In this document: piece after piece, positions 1-9,747 of the stretch
Position numbering within the stretch: position 1 is the stretch's first letter
How the letters are laid out: each line of letters opens with the position of its first letter
From: a virus
Lineage: Duplodnaviria; Caudoviricetes
Virus record (IMG/VR): IMGVR_UViG_3300034197_000036
Coordinates: 1-39,105 of that record
DNA: 39,105 nt
Reading direction: 5' to 3' (one strand)
Notes under the pieces: generated by a model
Seen by the model: only the letters and a program-made list of their open reading frames with translations
The model's database searches: none
Told to the model about the DNA's origin: nothing
Position numbers and translations under genes: made by a program

Positions 1-1
1 C

Positions 2-487
2 ATTTTAATAAACCGCCGACGGGACAACAGGCTTTTCTCCATAGAGTTGAAGGCCGAAGCGACCCACACAGGGAACCTGTTTTTAGAGACGTGGTCGAAC
101 AAGAACCTTGAGGACATGCAGAAAAGGGCCACGTTTGGCTCAAATCCTGGGTGGCTTCATAAGAGCAGGGCCGACCTGTTGTTCTATTATTTTTTAGATA
201 CCGACCAGCTTTATGTTGGGCAGATGTTTGCCCTACAGAGGTGGGCATTCGGATATCGCGGAAGGTTGGGGAATTTGTACGCTGTTCGCTCAAGCGATGT
301 GACAGGTAGGGGTGACTTCGTGTCGGATGACTGTTACCCGGAGCGGGCACAGCACAAGTACCAACAGGCCAATGATACATGGGGCCGCCTCGTTCCTGTG
401 CGGGTTTTAATGAGAGCCATGGTTCCTCCATTGCAAGTCGTCACAGTGCGACAGATTGATATGTTTGACCAATCTGGTCCACTTTAA
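2..487 (+). CDS. PD-(D/E)XK-like phage nuclease-family protein, 5'-partial
   Basis: Frame is open from the window edge; IELKAE..TGNLFLETWS..PGWL..SRADLLFYYF pattern. Confidence 0.6.
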   Translation: MLINRRRDNRLFSIELKAEATHTGNLFLETWSNKNLEDMQKRATFGSNPGWLHKSRADLLFYYFLDTDQLYVGQMFALQRWAFGYRGRLGNLYAVRSSDVTGRGDFVSDDCYPERAQHKYQQANDTWGRLVPVRVLMRAMVPPLQVVTVRQIDMFDQSGPL

Positions 488-494
488 TGGAGAC

Positions 495-678
495 TTGACG
501 TCAACGTGTTCTAACTCAGAAGATGAGGTGGGCGACGACCCGGAGCCACCGAGTCGCCGCCGGGAACAACCGAACTCCACGGACGGCTGTTCCAAAGGCT
601 TGCGGCCTCGTCCAGGATTATGGGCGAATCCGCCGCATCCTTCAAGCCTACGGTGGCGATTGTTTGAAGGACCCACCA
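495..678 (+). promoter_or_regulatory. Structured leader of the replication gene
   Basis: TTGACGTCAA palindrome at 495-504, then four successive stems; the last (638-647/662-671) pairs the GAAGGA SD. Confidence 0.4.
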
Positions 679-1554
679 ATGGCGTTGCCTGACCCATTAA
701 CTCCGCCCGAATGCGACCTCAGGGGCATGGAATACATGCCGCTGATGGTCCCTCGTCTCTGGCGCAGCCGCGGGTGGCTGCTGGCCAAACGGCAACCGGA
801 ACTCGGTTTCTATATGCTCAACCTCTGGGCTGCCTCGTTTTACGAGGTGCCGGCCGCCTCATTAGAAGACGATGATGTGCTGCTTTGCGAACTAGCCATG
901 TGCGACCCTGTCCGGTGGTCGGCTGTCCGTGATGTCGTCCTGCGTGGATGGGTCAGATGCGCAGACAAGAGGCTGTATCATCCGGTTGTTGCTGAGCGTG
1001 CGTTGGAGACATGGAAGGGTCGCAAGGGCTATCGCGACCGCCTCGCCATAGCACGCGCTGCCAGGAAGGCGAAATCGGCGGAAAAGGCCGATTCTGACTC
1101 TATGATAGAGGCTGTGATAGAGCCTGTGATAGGGCCTGTCATAGACCTTAAGGTACAAGGTATAAGCTGTAAGGTACAAGATAGTAAGAAAGAGAAGGAA
1201 GACTCTCCCCCCAAACCTCCCAAGCGGGAGGTTCGCGGGACGGACATGGACCCTGACTTTTGCAGGTTCTGGGATATCTATCCGAGGAAGGACGGCAAGG
1301 GGGCTGCGCGGGCGGCATGGAGGGCCGCGCTAAAGAAGGCCGACCCCGAGACCATTATTACCGGCTGCGTGGCTTACCAATTCAACCTGGACCGGAAATA
1401 CATCCCCCACCCCTCCACATGGCTCAACGGGGAGCGGTGGCTACAGGCGAAAGAGGATGACCACTTTGACCCCGTCCTGCGGGCTGCTGGGCTCATTCCA
1501 GAGGACTTTGCCCTTGACGGCGAAAACGCTCACGAATGGAAATTGCTCCAATGA
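679..1554 (+). CDS. DUF1376/YdaU-type phage replication initiator
   Basis: PLTPPECDLRG..MPL N-terminus, RLYHPVVAE, C-terminal FW..YPRK..K..A...W and HPSTWLN..RW; SD GAAGGA before ATG 679. Confidence 0.8.
   Translation: MALPDPLTPPECDLRGMEYMPLMVPRLWRSRGWLLAKRQPELGFYMLNLWAASFYEVPAASLEDDDVLLCELAMCDPVRWSAVRDVVLRGWVRCADKRLYHPVVAERALETWKGRKGYRDRLAIARAARKAKSAEKADSDSMIEAVIEPVIGPVIDLKVQGISCKVQDSKKEKEDSPPKPPKREVRGTDMDPDFCRFWDIYPRKDGKGAARAAWRAALKKADPETIITGCVAYQFNLDRKYIPHPSTWLNGERWLQAKEDDHFDPVLRAAGLIPEDFALDGENAHEWKLLQ
1099..1180 (+). repeat. Iteron-like repeats (putative replication origin) inside the initiator gene
   Basis: Four tandem 12-mers tctatgatagag/gctgtgatagag/cctgtgataggg/cctgtcatagac, then TAAGGTACAAG twice (1149-1159, 1170-1180), then an A-rich tract. 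Confidence 0.75.
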
Positions 1555-2060
1555 CAGAAACCGACCAGAAAGTCCGACGGCAGTGGATAGCGATGCTGGC
1601 CCGGCTCACGAACCCAACGGACGCAGTGGCCACGAGTCAGGCGTTAACGTCGATGCTGCCGCTGCTGAGAAGCCTGGCGGACAATGTGTTCACCATGGAG
1701 TCTCTGGACATCGTGGCGCGGGCGTCCCCTAACCGGACGCCAAATTACGGCCAACTCCGGGCGCTGCTGGATGGATATGCCGAGACGCTAAAGCCCAAAC
1801 CTCAATACCAGATCCACGAGGACCCGGACATCGCCCGGGCGCGGAAGACAGCAGAGGACCGCGCGCTGGCGGTGCAGGACTGGTCCGACCCACAGACGGT
1901 CATGCGAGCGGCAAGGGAGTTGGATGGCCACCCCTGGCGGTCTGTCCTCGGCGGAATGCTTGGCGGTCTGGTATTCAAGCATGCCCCGCAGAACCAGCAA
2001 TATCTGCCTCCTGAGTTCATCCGGTCGATTGACCAAGTGCCAAAGGCGCGGCGCGCTTGA
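1551..2060 (+). CDS. Hypothetical protein in the helicase-loader position
   Basis: ATGA overlap with the initiator stop; function inferred from position only. Confidence 0.55.
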   Translation: MTETDQKVRRQWIAMLARLTNPTDAVATSQALTSMLPLLRSLADNVFTMESLDIVARASPNRTPNYGQLRALLDGYAETLKPKPQYQIHEDPDIARARKTAEDRALAVQDWSDPQTVMRAARELDGHPWRSVLGGMLGGLVFKHAPQNQQYLPPEFIRSIDQVPKARRA

Positions 2061-2108
2061 CAAATCCAGGCGCAGGATATTTCCTGCCGCGCAACCCATG
2101 GAGTCGCT

Positions 2109-2480
2109 ATGTCTGACCAGCCTCAATTTCCACCGGACGGCGCGGCTCTCGCTGCAAAGCACCAGCAATTGCTGCGTGAGCTCAACGCAGAGCGTGTCAC
2201 GAGGATGCTGACGCGGTGCTTTGAGGAGCAAGACGACAGGGACGTCACGATTGCCGACCTGCTGGTGATGGCGGCCGAGATGATCGGGCGGGCGTGCTTT
2301 TTCCTGCCCAACGATGCGGAGCGGCAAATTGCAATCGCGGCTCTCCTTGTCCACGCGATCAACGTCAAAGACGATTGGGCACGACGAGCGGCCGAGGCAT
2401 CTACCGGCCTCGGTGGGGGAGAAGGAGGTCTGGCCGGCCATGCCATGGTGCTTCGTGCTGACGGGACGGTGGAGCCGTAG
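2109..2480 (+). CDS. Hypothetical protein
   Basis: GGAG SD, 123-aa ORF. Confidence 0.6.
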   Translation: MSDQPQFPPDGAALAAKHQQLLRELNAERVTRMLTRCFEEQDDRDVTIADLLVMAAEMIGRACFFLPNDAERQIAIAALLVHAINVKDDWARRAAEASTGLGGGEGGLAGHAMVLRADGTVEP

Positions 2481-2813
2481 ATGGACTTTGACCCCAAAAC
2501 GGCCACGACGGATTACATCATCCGGCAGGCCCAGGACAAGCAGGACCTAATCAGACTGGCGGCATCATACGCCCCGGATCTTGCCAAGGCGCTGGTTGGG
2601 AAGTCACTGATTTCATCAAAGTCTGTCTACGGGCCAATAGTCGGGGCTGGCGTGTCGTGGTTTGCCACCCGCTATGGGCTCGGGTGGGATGATGAGACAT
2701 CGGCCACGATCACAGGGGCGGTTATATTCGTGGTCTCCGCCGTTTTGCGTGCGATGACCTCGGCGCCCATTACCTCGGTCCTTCCAAAAAAGGACACGCC
2801 TCCAACGGAGTGA
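2481..2813 (+). CDS. Holin-like two-TM membrane protein
   Basis: SKSVY + two hydrophobic segments + LRAMTSAP ending, typical of small phage holins. Confidence 0.5.
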   Translation: MDFDPKTATTDYIIRQAQDKQDLIRLAASYAPDLAKALVGKSLISSKSVYGPIVGAGVSWFATRYGLGWDDETSATITGAVIFVVSAVLRAMTSAPITSVLPKKDTPPTE

Positions 2814-2827
2814 TCTCCGCGCCTTCG

Positions 2828-2843
2828 GTCGTGATGCCACCTT
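2828..2843 (+). promoter_or_regulatory. Putative late-promoter motif, copy 1
   Basis: GTCGTGATGCCACCTT; related copies at 15136, 19969 and 26307. Confidence 0.55.
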
Positions 2844-2873
2844 TTGTGGCATTGACCGGAGAAGGCCCGATTC

Positions 2874-5800
2874 ATGGCAGCGCCACCGATGGCAGCCGCA
2901 GTTGGCTACAACACGCTGACCTACGGCCCACACGTCACTATCGGTGATAACTGGCTCAAAGCGTTCGATAACAACAGCGTCCAGAACCCGGACGGGTCTG
3001 TTAGCCTCTATGGTCCGTGGCACTACGGCGAAAACCTGACCACGCTCGGCAGGAAACTGTTCGGTGGTGGCGGGTATTTTGAGGCAACCTTCAGGTTTGA
3101 TAACCCATCGGCGGGGTGGAGCGATGCCGGGTGGTGTTGCTGGTGGGGCAACACTTTTGAAGGCTCGTCCTTCGGCTGGGTGAACGGCGTTCGGACCCGA
3201 GGCGTGGAAGTCGATTTCTACGAAATGCTCGGCGGGGACAACCAGTATAACGCGGGTTTCCACGATTGGTATCAGGCCGCGAATGGCTCGGTGGCAGACG
3301 ACGGCGCCGGCGGTCAGTACACCATGCCGGCAGGACAGGACGGCCACTCCCTACACCGCTACGGATGCCTGTGGGTGCCGGCGACAAACACCACCAAGGG
3401 TTATTTGGAATACTATTTCGACGGCGTCCCATGGCAGCGCCAGTCGTGGGATAAGTACAATCCAAACTCGCCGGCTCCGTACCAGCAAGGTACCACAGCC
3501 GCGGCAATCTTGGACATCCAGCACCTCTACCTGGACCTTGGGAACGCCCCAGCGAATCCCATGCACATAACCAAGGTTGAGGTCTGGCAGCGCGACGGCA
3601 CTCAAAATCTCCCACCGACAGGAACATCAACAGTGGCCGCCCCTCCGCAAGCAGCAGAAGTCGGCTATAATACAAGGACGTATGGCCCGAACGTGACGCT
3701 CGGCGTCAACTGGGACATCGCCTTTGCCGGTGCTCACGTCACACAGAACGCGGATGGCTCGGTCACAGCAGGTGGCCCGGCCCATTTTAGCGACCATGTC
3801 AACACGCACGATCGGCAGGCATTCGGTGGGGGAGCCTATTTTGAGGCCACCTTCTCATTCACTGGAGGTGCGCCCGTTTGGGATCCGTCGGTCGGCTGGC
3901 CGTGCTGGTGGGCGAACTCCCTGGAGGGCAGGACCCTCCCCTTCCCTGACAGGCGAGGGATAGAGATCGACTTCGCGGAGATGTTAAAAGGGACGCACGA
4001 CACATTCACGGCGAATATATTTGATTGGTACGACCGCGCGGCGCCGACTTACTACCAAGCGGAGACAACGGGTGAGGTTCGGGTTCCGACTGGCACCTCA
4101 CACAACCCACACAAGTACGGTTGTTTGTGGGTTCCTGCGACGGCAACAACCAAGGGTTACTGCAAATTCTATGTAGACGACATTTTGATTACCCAGTGGA
4201 TTCCGACTTGGAATCGGTACTATGACAATCAGCCCGTGCCTTACCAGTCGGGCACGACCCTTTTTTCGAATATGGACGTCCAGCACTTCTATTTGATTTT
4301 CGGTTCCGGTGATCCCTGGCCAATGACGGTAACGGACGTCTCTGTGTGGCAAAGAGACGGGACTCAGAATCTGCCGCCATCCGGGGCAGTCGCGACAGTC
4401 TCAATCTCCACGATCAGCAACAAGACCGCCGGGGTTCCTTTCACCGTCACCGGCACACTGGCGAATTTCGGATCCACTCCGACGCTGCAGTATCGCGCCA
4501 ACAACACGGGCTCGTGGCTATCTCTGCCGTCGGGTGCCAGCGTTTCGACCACGGCGTATAGCTTCACCGCCCCTGGCATGGTCGCAAACTCAGCCGCGGT
4601 CATATCCGTGCGGGATAGCTCAACGCTCAACTCCGCCACCTCCAACGCCTTTGCTGTCACGGGTGTTGTCTCAACTGAGGTTCTGACGATCAACACCATC
4701 GCCAATCAGACCGCCGGGGTCACATTCGCCATTACCGGTACGATCAGCGGCGTGACCTCCGCCCCTACCCTTCAATATCGCGACGACGCCGGCTCCTGGT
4801 TATCCCTGCCGGGCGGCAGCACGGTTTCGTCCAGCGCGTTCAGCTTCACCCACCCGGCTCTGTCGGTGACGAGCACGTCGCCGACCACATTTACCGACGA
4901 CTTCACTTCATATCGGCCGGCGAACTGGTTCTATAACCAGTATGACGAAGCATCCGACACCTCGTGGGTCAACAGCCCGACGGTGCTTGGGCAGATTTAT
5001 AACTACACGGGCGGCCGTCTGAACCTGATGCTGCTGAACACCGGTTCCACGGGCCTCACGTCGAAGCCATTCATCTCTGGCGTGATGGATACGATCGGCG
5101 CCAGCGGGGCGTTTCAGCAGGAATACGGCTACTGGGAGGTAACCGTTGCGGTTGACCGGCTAGTTGGTCTGACCTGGGATTTTGTGATCCTGTCATACAC
5201 GGCCACGCCGTTCTCTGCATTCACCATCAGAATTTCCACCGATGCGTCAAACGTCCAACATCTGGAATTTTTCGATTACACCTCGGTCAATTATTACGAG
5301 ACAAATTCAAACAACGGCCTTGATCCCTCCATCCCGCACACGTACGGCATGGACTGGCAGGCTGGATATCTGCGGTGGTACATCGACGGCGTTCTAACCG
5401 TGAGCTATGCCAGCCCCTACGTCGGCATCGGGCCGTTTTATTTCAAAACCCGCTGCGCATCGAATTATAACCCGGCGTTCGGGACGCCTGTGGTCAATAC
5501 CGCGGCGCTGCCAAAAGGCGCCCACATTGACCAGGTGAGCGTGTGGACCACGAAACCCGCAGCGCCTGGCAGCCGGACGGTCAGTGTGCGAGATGCCAAC
5601 AACACCAGCGTCACGAGCACATCGAACGTATTCCTTGTCTCTGCTGCCCCGGCCGGAGTCCTTGCCATTGGCAACATCGCAACGCAGCAGGCGGGCGTTG
5701 CTTTTACAGTGAGTGGCACGATCAGCGGGGTCTCATCCGCCCCTACCCTCCAATACCGCGATGACTCCGGCACATGGCTATCACTCACGGTCGGCGCCAC

Positions 5801-7949
5801 TGTCACCGCCACGGCATTCAGTTTTTCCCACCCAGGCATGGCGGCGGGAAGCCACACGGTCAGCATCCGCGATGCGGTCACAACAAGCATCACAGTGACG
5901 TCGAATAGCTTCTCTGTCACGGCACAGCCGGTCGAGACTATCACGATCGCCACCATCGCCAGTCAGACGGCCAGCGCGCCATTCACAGTCAGCGGGACGA
6001 TTACGAACACTACGGCCATGCCGATCCTGCAATACAGCAACAACAACGGGTCGACATGGACGGCCCTGCCAGGCGGCAGCACGGTCTCAACAACGGCATT
6101 CAGTTTTACAAACCCCGGACTTCCCGCGTCCGCGTCCGCACGTGTGATGGTACGGGAGCAAAACACACCCACCATCTCGGCAACTTCAAATGCGTTTGTC
6201 GTCAACGCCCTTCCGGTCGAAGCCATCACGGTTGATACGATTTCCACCAGGACCACGGGGGCCACGTTCGCGGTCACCGGCACGGTCGCGAACGCCCCCA
6301 CAAGCCTGACTCTGGTCCTGCAGTATCAGGACAACGGCGGCAATTGGAATTCGGCAAACGCGACGACCAACCTCACGGCAGGCTCCGGGACCTATACATT
6401 CACCCACCCGGCTATGTCCGCGGCTCTCTCAAACACTATTGCGGTGCGTGATGCCGCGAACACTGGGGTTGTCGGCACATCGAATGCGTTCCGTGTCCGC
6501 CTGCCGGAGAGTGCCAACAACACGGTCGTCACCACGGTTGGGCCCTACATCGTCAACACGATCGGGGAAGTTTGGACAATCACCTCTACCGGCCAGATCG
6601 CGGTTGATGGCGTGGTTGATGTGCCCACCAACAGCGTCACCGTACTCGCGTATGTGGGTGGGCGGGTTTACCAGCAGGCCCATGCGGGGTTGTGGTGGAG
6701 CAAAGCGGTCTCGTCTGACTCATGGACACCGACGGAGGGTTCAGCGGTCTCGCCCCTTCCTGCTGAAACTCTGGCCGTCAACACAGTCGCCGGACAACTG
6801 GTTAACATCGCCTTCACCGTCACTGGCACAATCTCCGCGGCGCTCGTCATTCCAACGCTACAATACCGTGTCGGCGCGGGGACGTGGCTGGCGTTTCCAT
6901 CCAATGCGACGGTCACCACCGGGGCATTCTCGTTTGTCGTGCCTGGGATTGCGGTCGCCGGGTCCACGACAGTCGGCGTCCGGGACGCCAACAACACGAG
7001 CATATCCGCCACGTCGAACACATTCGCTGTCCTCTCAATCAGTGCGACGCTGTCGGTCAATACCATCCCCACGCAGAACGCCGGCTACGCCTTCCTCGTG
7101 CGCGGCACGATAAGCGGGGCCACGGCGGCGCCCGCGCTGGATTACATCGACCCCAACGGGGCGTGGCGTCCTCTCCCGACTGGAAGCACGGTCACCACAA
7201 ACACCTTCAGTTTCACCCACCCGGGCGTTTCCGCGGCCCAGGGCTTTTACGTCACGGTACGTCTACGGGATAAGCCGTCCGTCAGCGCGGCCAGCGCGCC
7301 GTTCCGTGTCAGTGGTCCGGAAAGCCAGAACAACACGGTCATCGTAACTCCTGGCCCGCAGATCACGGATGCCCTTGGGAACGCCTACACGATCACTCTG
7401 ACCGGGGAGGTCGCTATCAATGGCATAGCCGATCTAACAACATCCTCGGTGGTTGCCATCGCCTATGTCTCCAGAACCGCATGGTTTGAGAATGCGGACC
7501 AGCAGTGGTGGTCAAGGACCACGGTTGGCGCCTGGACGCCCATCGGCGGCAGCCCGCTGGGGCCGGTGCCATCTTCCAAGCCGACGATTTACCTTACGTC
7601 TCTGGCTCCGCTGGCTGTCGTGCCGGGTTTCACGATTCCAGTCCCTGGGATTGTCGTCAATGACACGGTTGTCTCCGGGACGTTCAAAGTCACGCTTTCC
7701 TGCCTGCTTGGGACAGCGTCCATGCCTGGGGCTCAAGGTTCCGGGACGGCCTTTGTCACGGCAAGCGGATCCATGACCTTGATCAACACGTACCTTCGGT
7801 CCCTGACATTCACGGGCGAGACCGTGGGCGATGGGGGCGTCACGGTCACCATCCGTGACGCGGCAGGTCAAACTGCGACGGCCTTTGTCCCGATCTCTGT
7901 TCCACGTGAAGCGCCGGCGCTGGAGATAGACGAAACCCCAGACACTTAG
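2874..7949 (+). CDS. Giant GH16/ConA-like + Ig-like repeat protein (putative virion adhesin/depolymerase)
   Basis: Two tandem domains with EVDFYE and EIDFAE GH16-type motifs, a third degenerate GH16-like domain, seven ~90-aa Thr/Ser-rich beta repeats, two PES.NN modules. Confidence 0.75.
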   Translation: MAAPPMAAAVGYNTLTYGPHVTIGDNWLKAFDNNSVQNPDGSVSLYGPWHYGENLTTLGRKLFGGGGYFEATFRFDNPSAGWSDAGWCCWWGNTFEGSSFGWVNGVRTRGVEVDFYEMLGGDNQYNAGFHDWYQAANGSVADDGAGGQYTMPAGQDGHSLHRYGCLWVPATNTTKGYLEYYFDGVPWQRQSWDKYNPNSPAPYQQGTTAAAILDIQHLYLDLGNAPANPMHITKVEVWQRDGTQNLPPTGTSTVAAPPQAAEVGYNTRTYGPNVTLGVNWDIAFAGAHVTQNADGSVTAGGPAHFSDHVNTHDRQAFGGGAYFEATFSFTGGAPVWDPSVGWPCWWANSLEGRTLPFPDRRGIEIDFAEMLKGTHDTFTANIFDWYDRAAPTYYQAETTGEVRVPTGTSHNPHKYGCLWVPATATTKGYCKFYVDDILITQWIPTWNRYYDNQPVPYQSGTTLFSNMDVQHFYLIFGSGDPWPMTVTDVSVWQRDGTQNLPPSGAVATVSISTISNKTAGVPFTVTGTLANFGSTPTLQYRANNTGSWLSLPSGASVSTTAYSFTAPGMVANSAAVISVRDSSTLNSATSNAFAVTGVVSTEVLTINTIANQTAGVTFAITGTISGVTSAPTLQYRDDAGSWLSLPGGSTVSSSAFSFTHPALSVTSTSPTTFTDDFTSYRPANWFYNQYDEASDTSWVNSPTVLGQIYNYTGGRLNLMLLNTGSTGLTSKPFISGVMDTIGASGAFQQEYGYWEVTVAVDRLVGLTWDFVILSYTATPFSAFTIRISTDASNVQHLEFFDYTSVNYYETNSNNGLDPSIPHTYGMDWQAGYLRWYIDGVLTVSYASPYVGIGPFYFKTRCASNYNPAFGTPVVNTAALPKGAHIDQVSVWTTKPAAPGSRTVSVRDANNTSVTSTSNVFLVSAAPAGVLAIGNIATQQAGVAFTVSGTISGVSSAPTLQYRDDSGTWLSLTVGATVTATAFSFSHPGMAAGSHTVSIRDAVTTSITVTSNSFSVTAQPVETITIATIASQTASAPFTVSGTITNTTAMPILQYSNNNGSTWTALPGGSTVSTTAFSFTNPGLPASASARVMVREQNTPTISATSNAFVVNALPVEAITVDTISTRTTGATFAVTGTVANAPTSLTLVLQYQDNGGNWNSANATTNLTAGSGTYTFTHPAMSAALSNTIAVRDAANTGVVGTSNAFRVRLPESANNTVVTTVGPYIVNTIGEVWTITSTGQIAVDGVVDVPTNSVTVLAYVGGRVYQQAHAGLWWSKAVSSDSWTPTEGSAVSPLPAETLAVNTVAGQLVNIAFTVTGTISAALVIPTLQYRVGAGTWLAFPSNATVTTGAFSFVVPGIAVAGSTTVGVRDANNTSISATSNTFAVLSISATLSVNTIPTQNAGYAFLVRGTISGATAAPALDYIDPNGAWRPLPTGSTVTTNTFSFTHPGVSAAQGFYVTVRLRDKPSVSAASAPFRVSGPESQNNTVIVTPGPQITDALGNAYTITLTGEVAINGIADLTTSSVVAIAYVSRTAWFENADQQWWSRTTVGAWTPIGGSPLGPVPSSKPTIYLTSLAPLAVVPGFTIPVPGIVVNDTVVSGTFKVTLSCLLGTASMPGAQGSGTAFVTASGSMTLINTYLRSLTFTGETVGDGGVTVTIRDAAGQTATAFVPISVPREAPALEIDETPDT

Positions 7950-8017
7950 GCAATGTGTTGCAGAATCAGACACTAAGCCGTAAGGGCGACGAGGTGCGCA
8001 ACTTCTAGGCGATTCGC

Positions 8018-8662
8018 ATGGAGATTCCGGAAGTCTTTCGGTGTGACAAACGCACGCTCACACTGACAAAGGCTGGGTGCGTCCGGCTTTTTCAAGCCGC
8101 AAATCTCCCCAAACCGCCAGACCCTTGGTCTGGCATGGCCTCCTGTCGGGGCTGCACATTGGGGAGTTTCCACGCCACGGGGAAAGAGTTTGATCCCGTG
8201 GCGACCATCGTCAACTCCCTCCGGAATATCTGTTCGCGATGCTCTGGAAAGACCGAACGCCTCATCCTTGGTGCACTCTGTCCCTCATGTGACGCAAGAG
8301 ACCGGGAGGCGAAGCGTTTCCGGAACTCCAAAGGCACGGTCCCTAAGCTCTCTTCGGTGCTCCATGATGAGCACATAGCAGTTGCAGAGGGCGGCGTGAT
8401 CCGCGTCCTCAACCGGAGTTTCGTCACAGGATTACCGGAGGTGATGATCCAAGCGGCGCGCTCTGCCACCACCCCGCTCGTATTCGGCAGGCGTCAGATG
8501 GTCTGGACGAATGCAATGGTTCGGTCCTCATCCCACCGTCCATGGGCGACACAGTTTGAGATTGTCGGCCTCGCTGGCGGGCTGGCCACCTGGCAGCGGC
8601 GGAACGCTCCGCGGCGCCCCAAACTCCAAGCGGTCTCCATGACCGGGGATCTGTTCGCATGA
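8018..8662 (+). CDS. Cys-rich (zinc-binding) hypothetical protein
   Basis: CRGC, CSRC and CPSC pairs. Confidence 0.65.
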   Translation: MEIPEVFRCDKRTLTLTKAGCVRLFQAANLPKPPDPWSGMASCRGCTLGSFHATGKEFDPVATIVNSLRNICSRCSGKTERLILGALCPSCDARDREAKRFRNSKGTVPKLSSVLHDEHIAVAEGGVIRVLNRSFVTGLPEVMIQAARSATTPLVFGRRQMVWTNAMVRSSSHRPWATQFEIVGLAGGLATWQRRNAPRRPKLQAVSMTGDLFA

Positions 8663-8958
8663 TAGACACAGGCGGCCGGTGGACGATAACCGACCATGTA
8701 TGCCGGGTGTGCCTTGGGCGCATCCTGGAGCGCAACGGGGCGTATCTCTGCTCAATCTGTGAGGTAACAGCCAGTCTTCGGCCCAACGCCATCTGCGGCT
8801 GCGGCATGCGTGGGGTCGGAACCAGCCCGGACAAAGACCTCCCTCGGCTCATCAAGCAAGCCTATCACTGCGGGCAGAACCCTGTCCGAGGTCCGGGTTC
8901 CCCTGCGCGCATCGCAATTCTGTTCGCTGATGGCACGCCAGCTAAAGCAGAACCTTGA
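8659..8958 (+). CDS. Small zinc-finger protein
   Basis: CRVC, CSIC, CGC; ATGA-coupled. Confidence 0.65.
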   Translation: MIDTGGRWTITDHVCRVCLGRILERNGAYLCSICEVTASLRPNAICGCGMRGVGTSPDKDLPRLIKQAYHCGQNPVRGPGSPARIAILFADGTPAKAEP

Positions 8959-9009
8959 CTATCGTGTGCGATGTTCGATAGGATATTCCCACTGACGGGA
9001 GAACTCCAC

Positions 9010-9249
9010 ATGAACTGGCTCAAGAACATCGGCAGCCTACTGGTGGCGCCATACCAGGGGAAGGAGATCGTCGAGACGATTGGCAGCGGCGCGCGGTGGA
9101 TCGTCACAGCTATTGTCATCAATCAATTCAATCCATCTACCATCGTCTTTTGGACATCCATCCTTGTCATTTTCACGGCCAATGTCGTAGGGCGTGTGGT
9201 CGGCAAGGTGATTTATGATGTTCGCCGCGATAGGAGCGAGCAGACATGA
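9010..9249 (+). CDS. Small membrane protein
   Basis: GGGAGA SD; hydrophobic segments; alternative start at 8971. Confidence 0.55.
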   Translation: MNWLKNIGSLLVAPYQGKEIVETIGSGARWIVTAIVINQFNPSTIVFWTSILVIFTANVVGRVVGKVIYDVRRDRSEQT

Positions 9250-9434
9250 TGACCGTCATCGACTTTGATCTGTTTTCCCGCACGATTTGGGCTGTGCTGT
9301 CTCATGTAGCTGGCGGCGCGGAGGTTCTCCTTGCTGTCGCTATCTTTTTTGTCTGGCAGGTGGTCGCCGGGTATGCGCTGATAAGCTGGATATGTCTTAT
9401 CCTGTGCGGCGGCCACAGGAGTCCCTCGCCATGA
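9246..9434 (+). CDS. Small membrane protein
   Basis: Hydrophobic; ATGA-coupled at both ends. Confidence 0.5.
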   Translation: MMTVIDFDLFSRTIWAVLSHVAGGAEVLLAVAIFFVWQVVAGYALISWICLILCGGHRSPSP

Positions 9435-9562
9435 CCGTCGGTGACGCATACTGGCTACGCTGGCTCATGGACATGCTAACCCCTCCGGTATTCCTGATCC
9501 TCGGCCTGCTGCTTCTCGGATCCCTGCGCCGCCTGCGCAAAGCAATTGAGCGCAAGCCATAA
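9431..9562 (+). CDS. Single-TM peptide (43 aa)
   Basis: AGGAG SD, ATGA overlap, PPVFLILGLLLLGSL followed by a basic tail. Confidence 0.5.
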   Translation: MTVGDAYWLRWLMDMLTPPVFLILGLLLLGSLRRLRKAIERKP

Positions 9563-9747
9563 TGGATCCCGCCCAGATCGCAGCCGGCGCTGCCGTTACC
9601 GCATTAATGGCAGGTCAGCAGACGGGTGCGCTCCATGGCTGGACTGCCCTGATAGGTGGTGGTCTTGTATTGATAGGGTTCATTGGAACCGCATTCCTGA
9701 TTGGTTTCATCGTTTGGGACATGTGGCAGGAAAGGCGTAAGCCATGA
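9562..9747 (+). CDS. Small membrane protein
   Basis: TAATG coupling; hydrophobic. Confidence 0.5.
   Translation: MDPAQIAAGAAVTALMAGQQTGALHGWTALIGGGLVLIGFIGTAFLIGFIVWDMWQERRKP

Noticed and set aside
1099-1180. Possible CRISPR or mini-array
   Set aside because: Tandem 12-mers with no spacers, inside a CDS; no cas genes
4364-7072. Several minus-strand ORFs with repeated sequence
   Set aside because: Shadows of the Ig-like repeats of the 1691-aa gene
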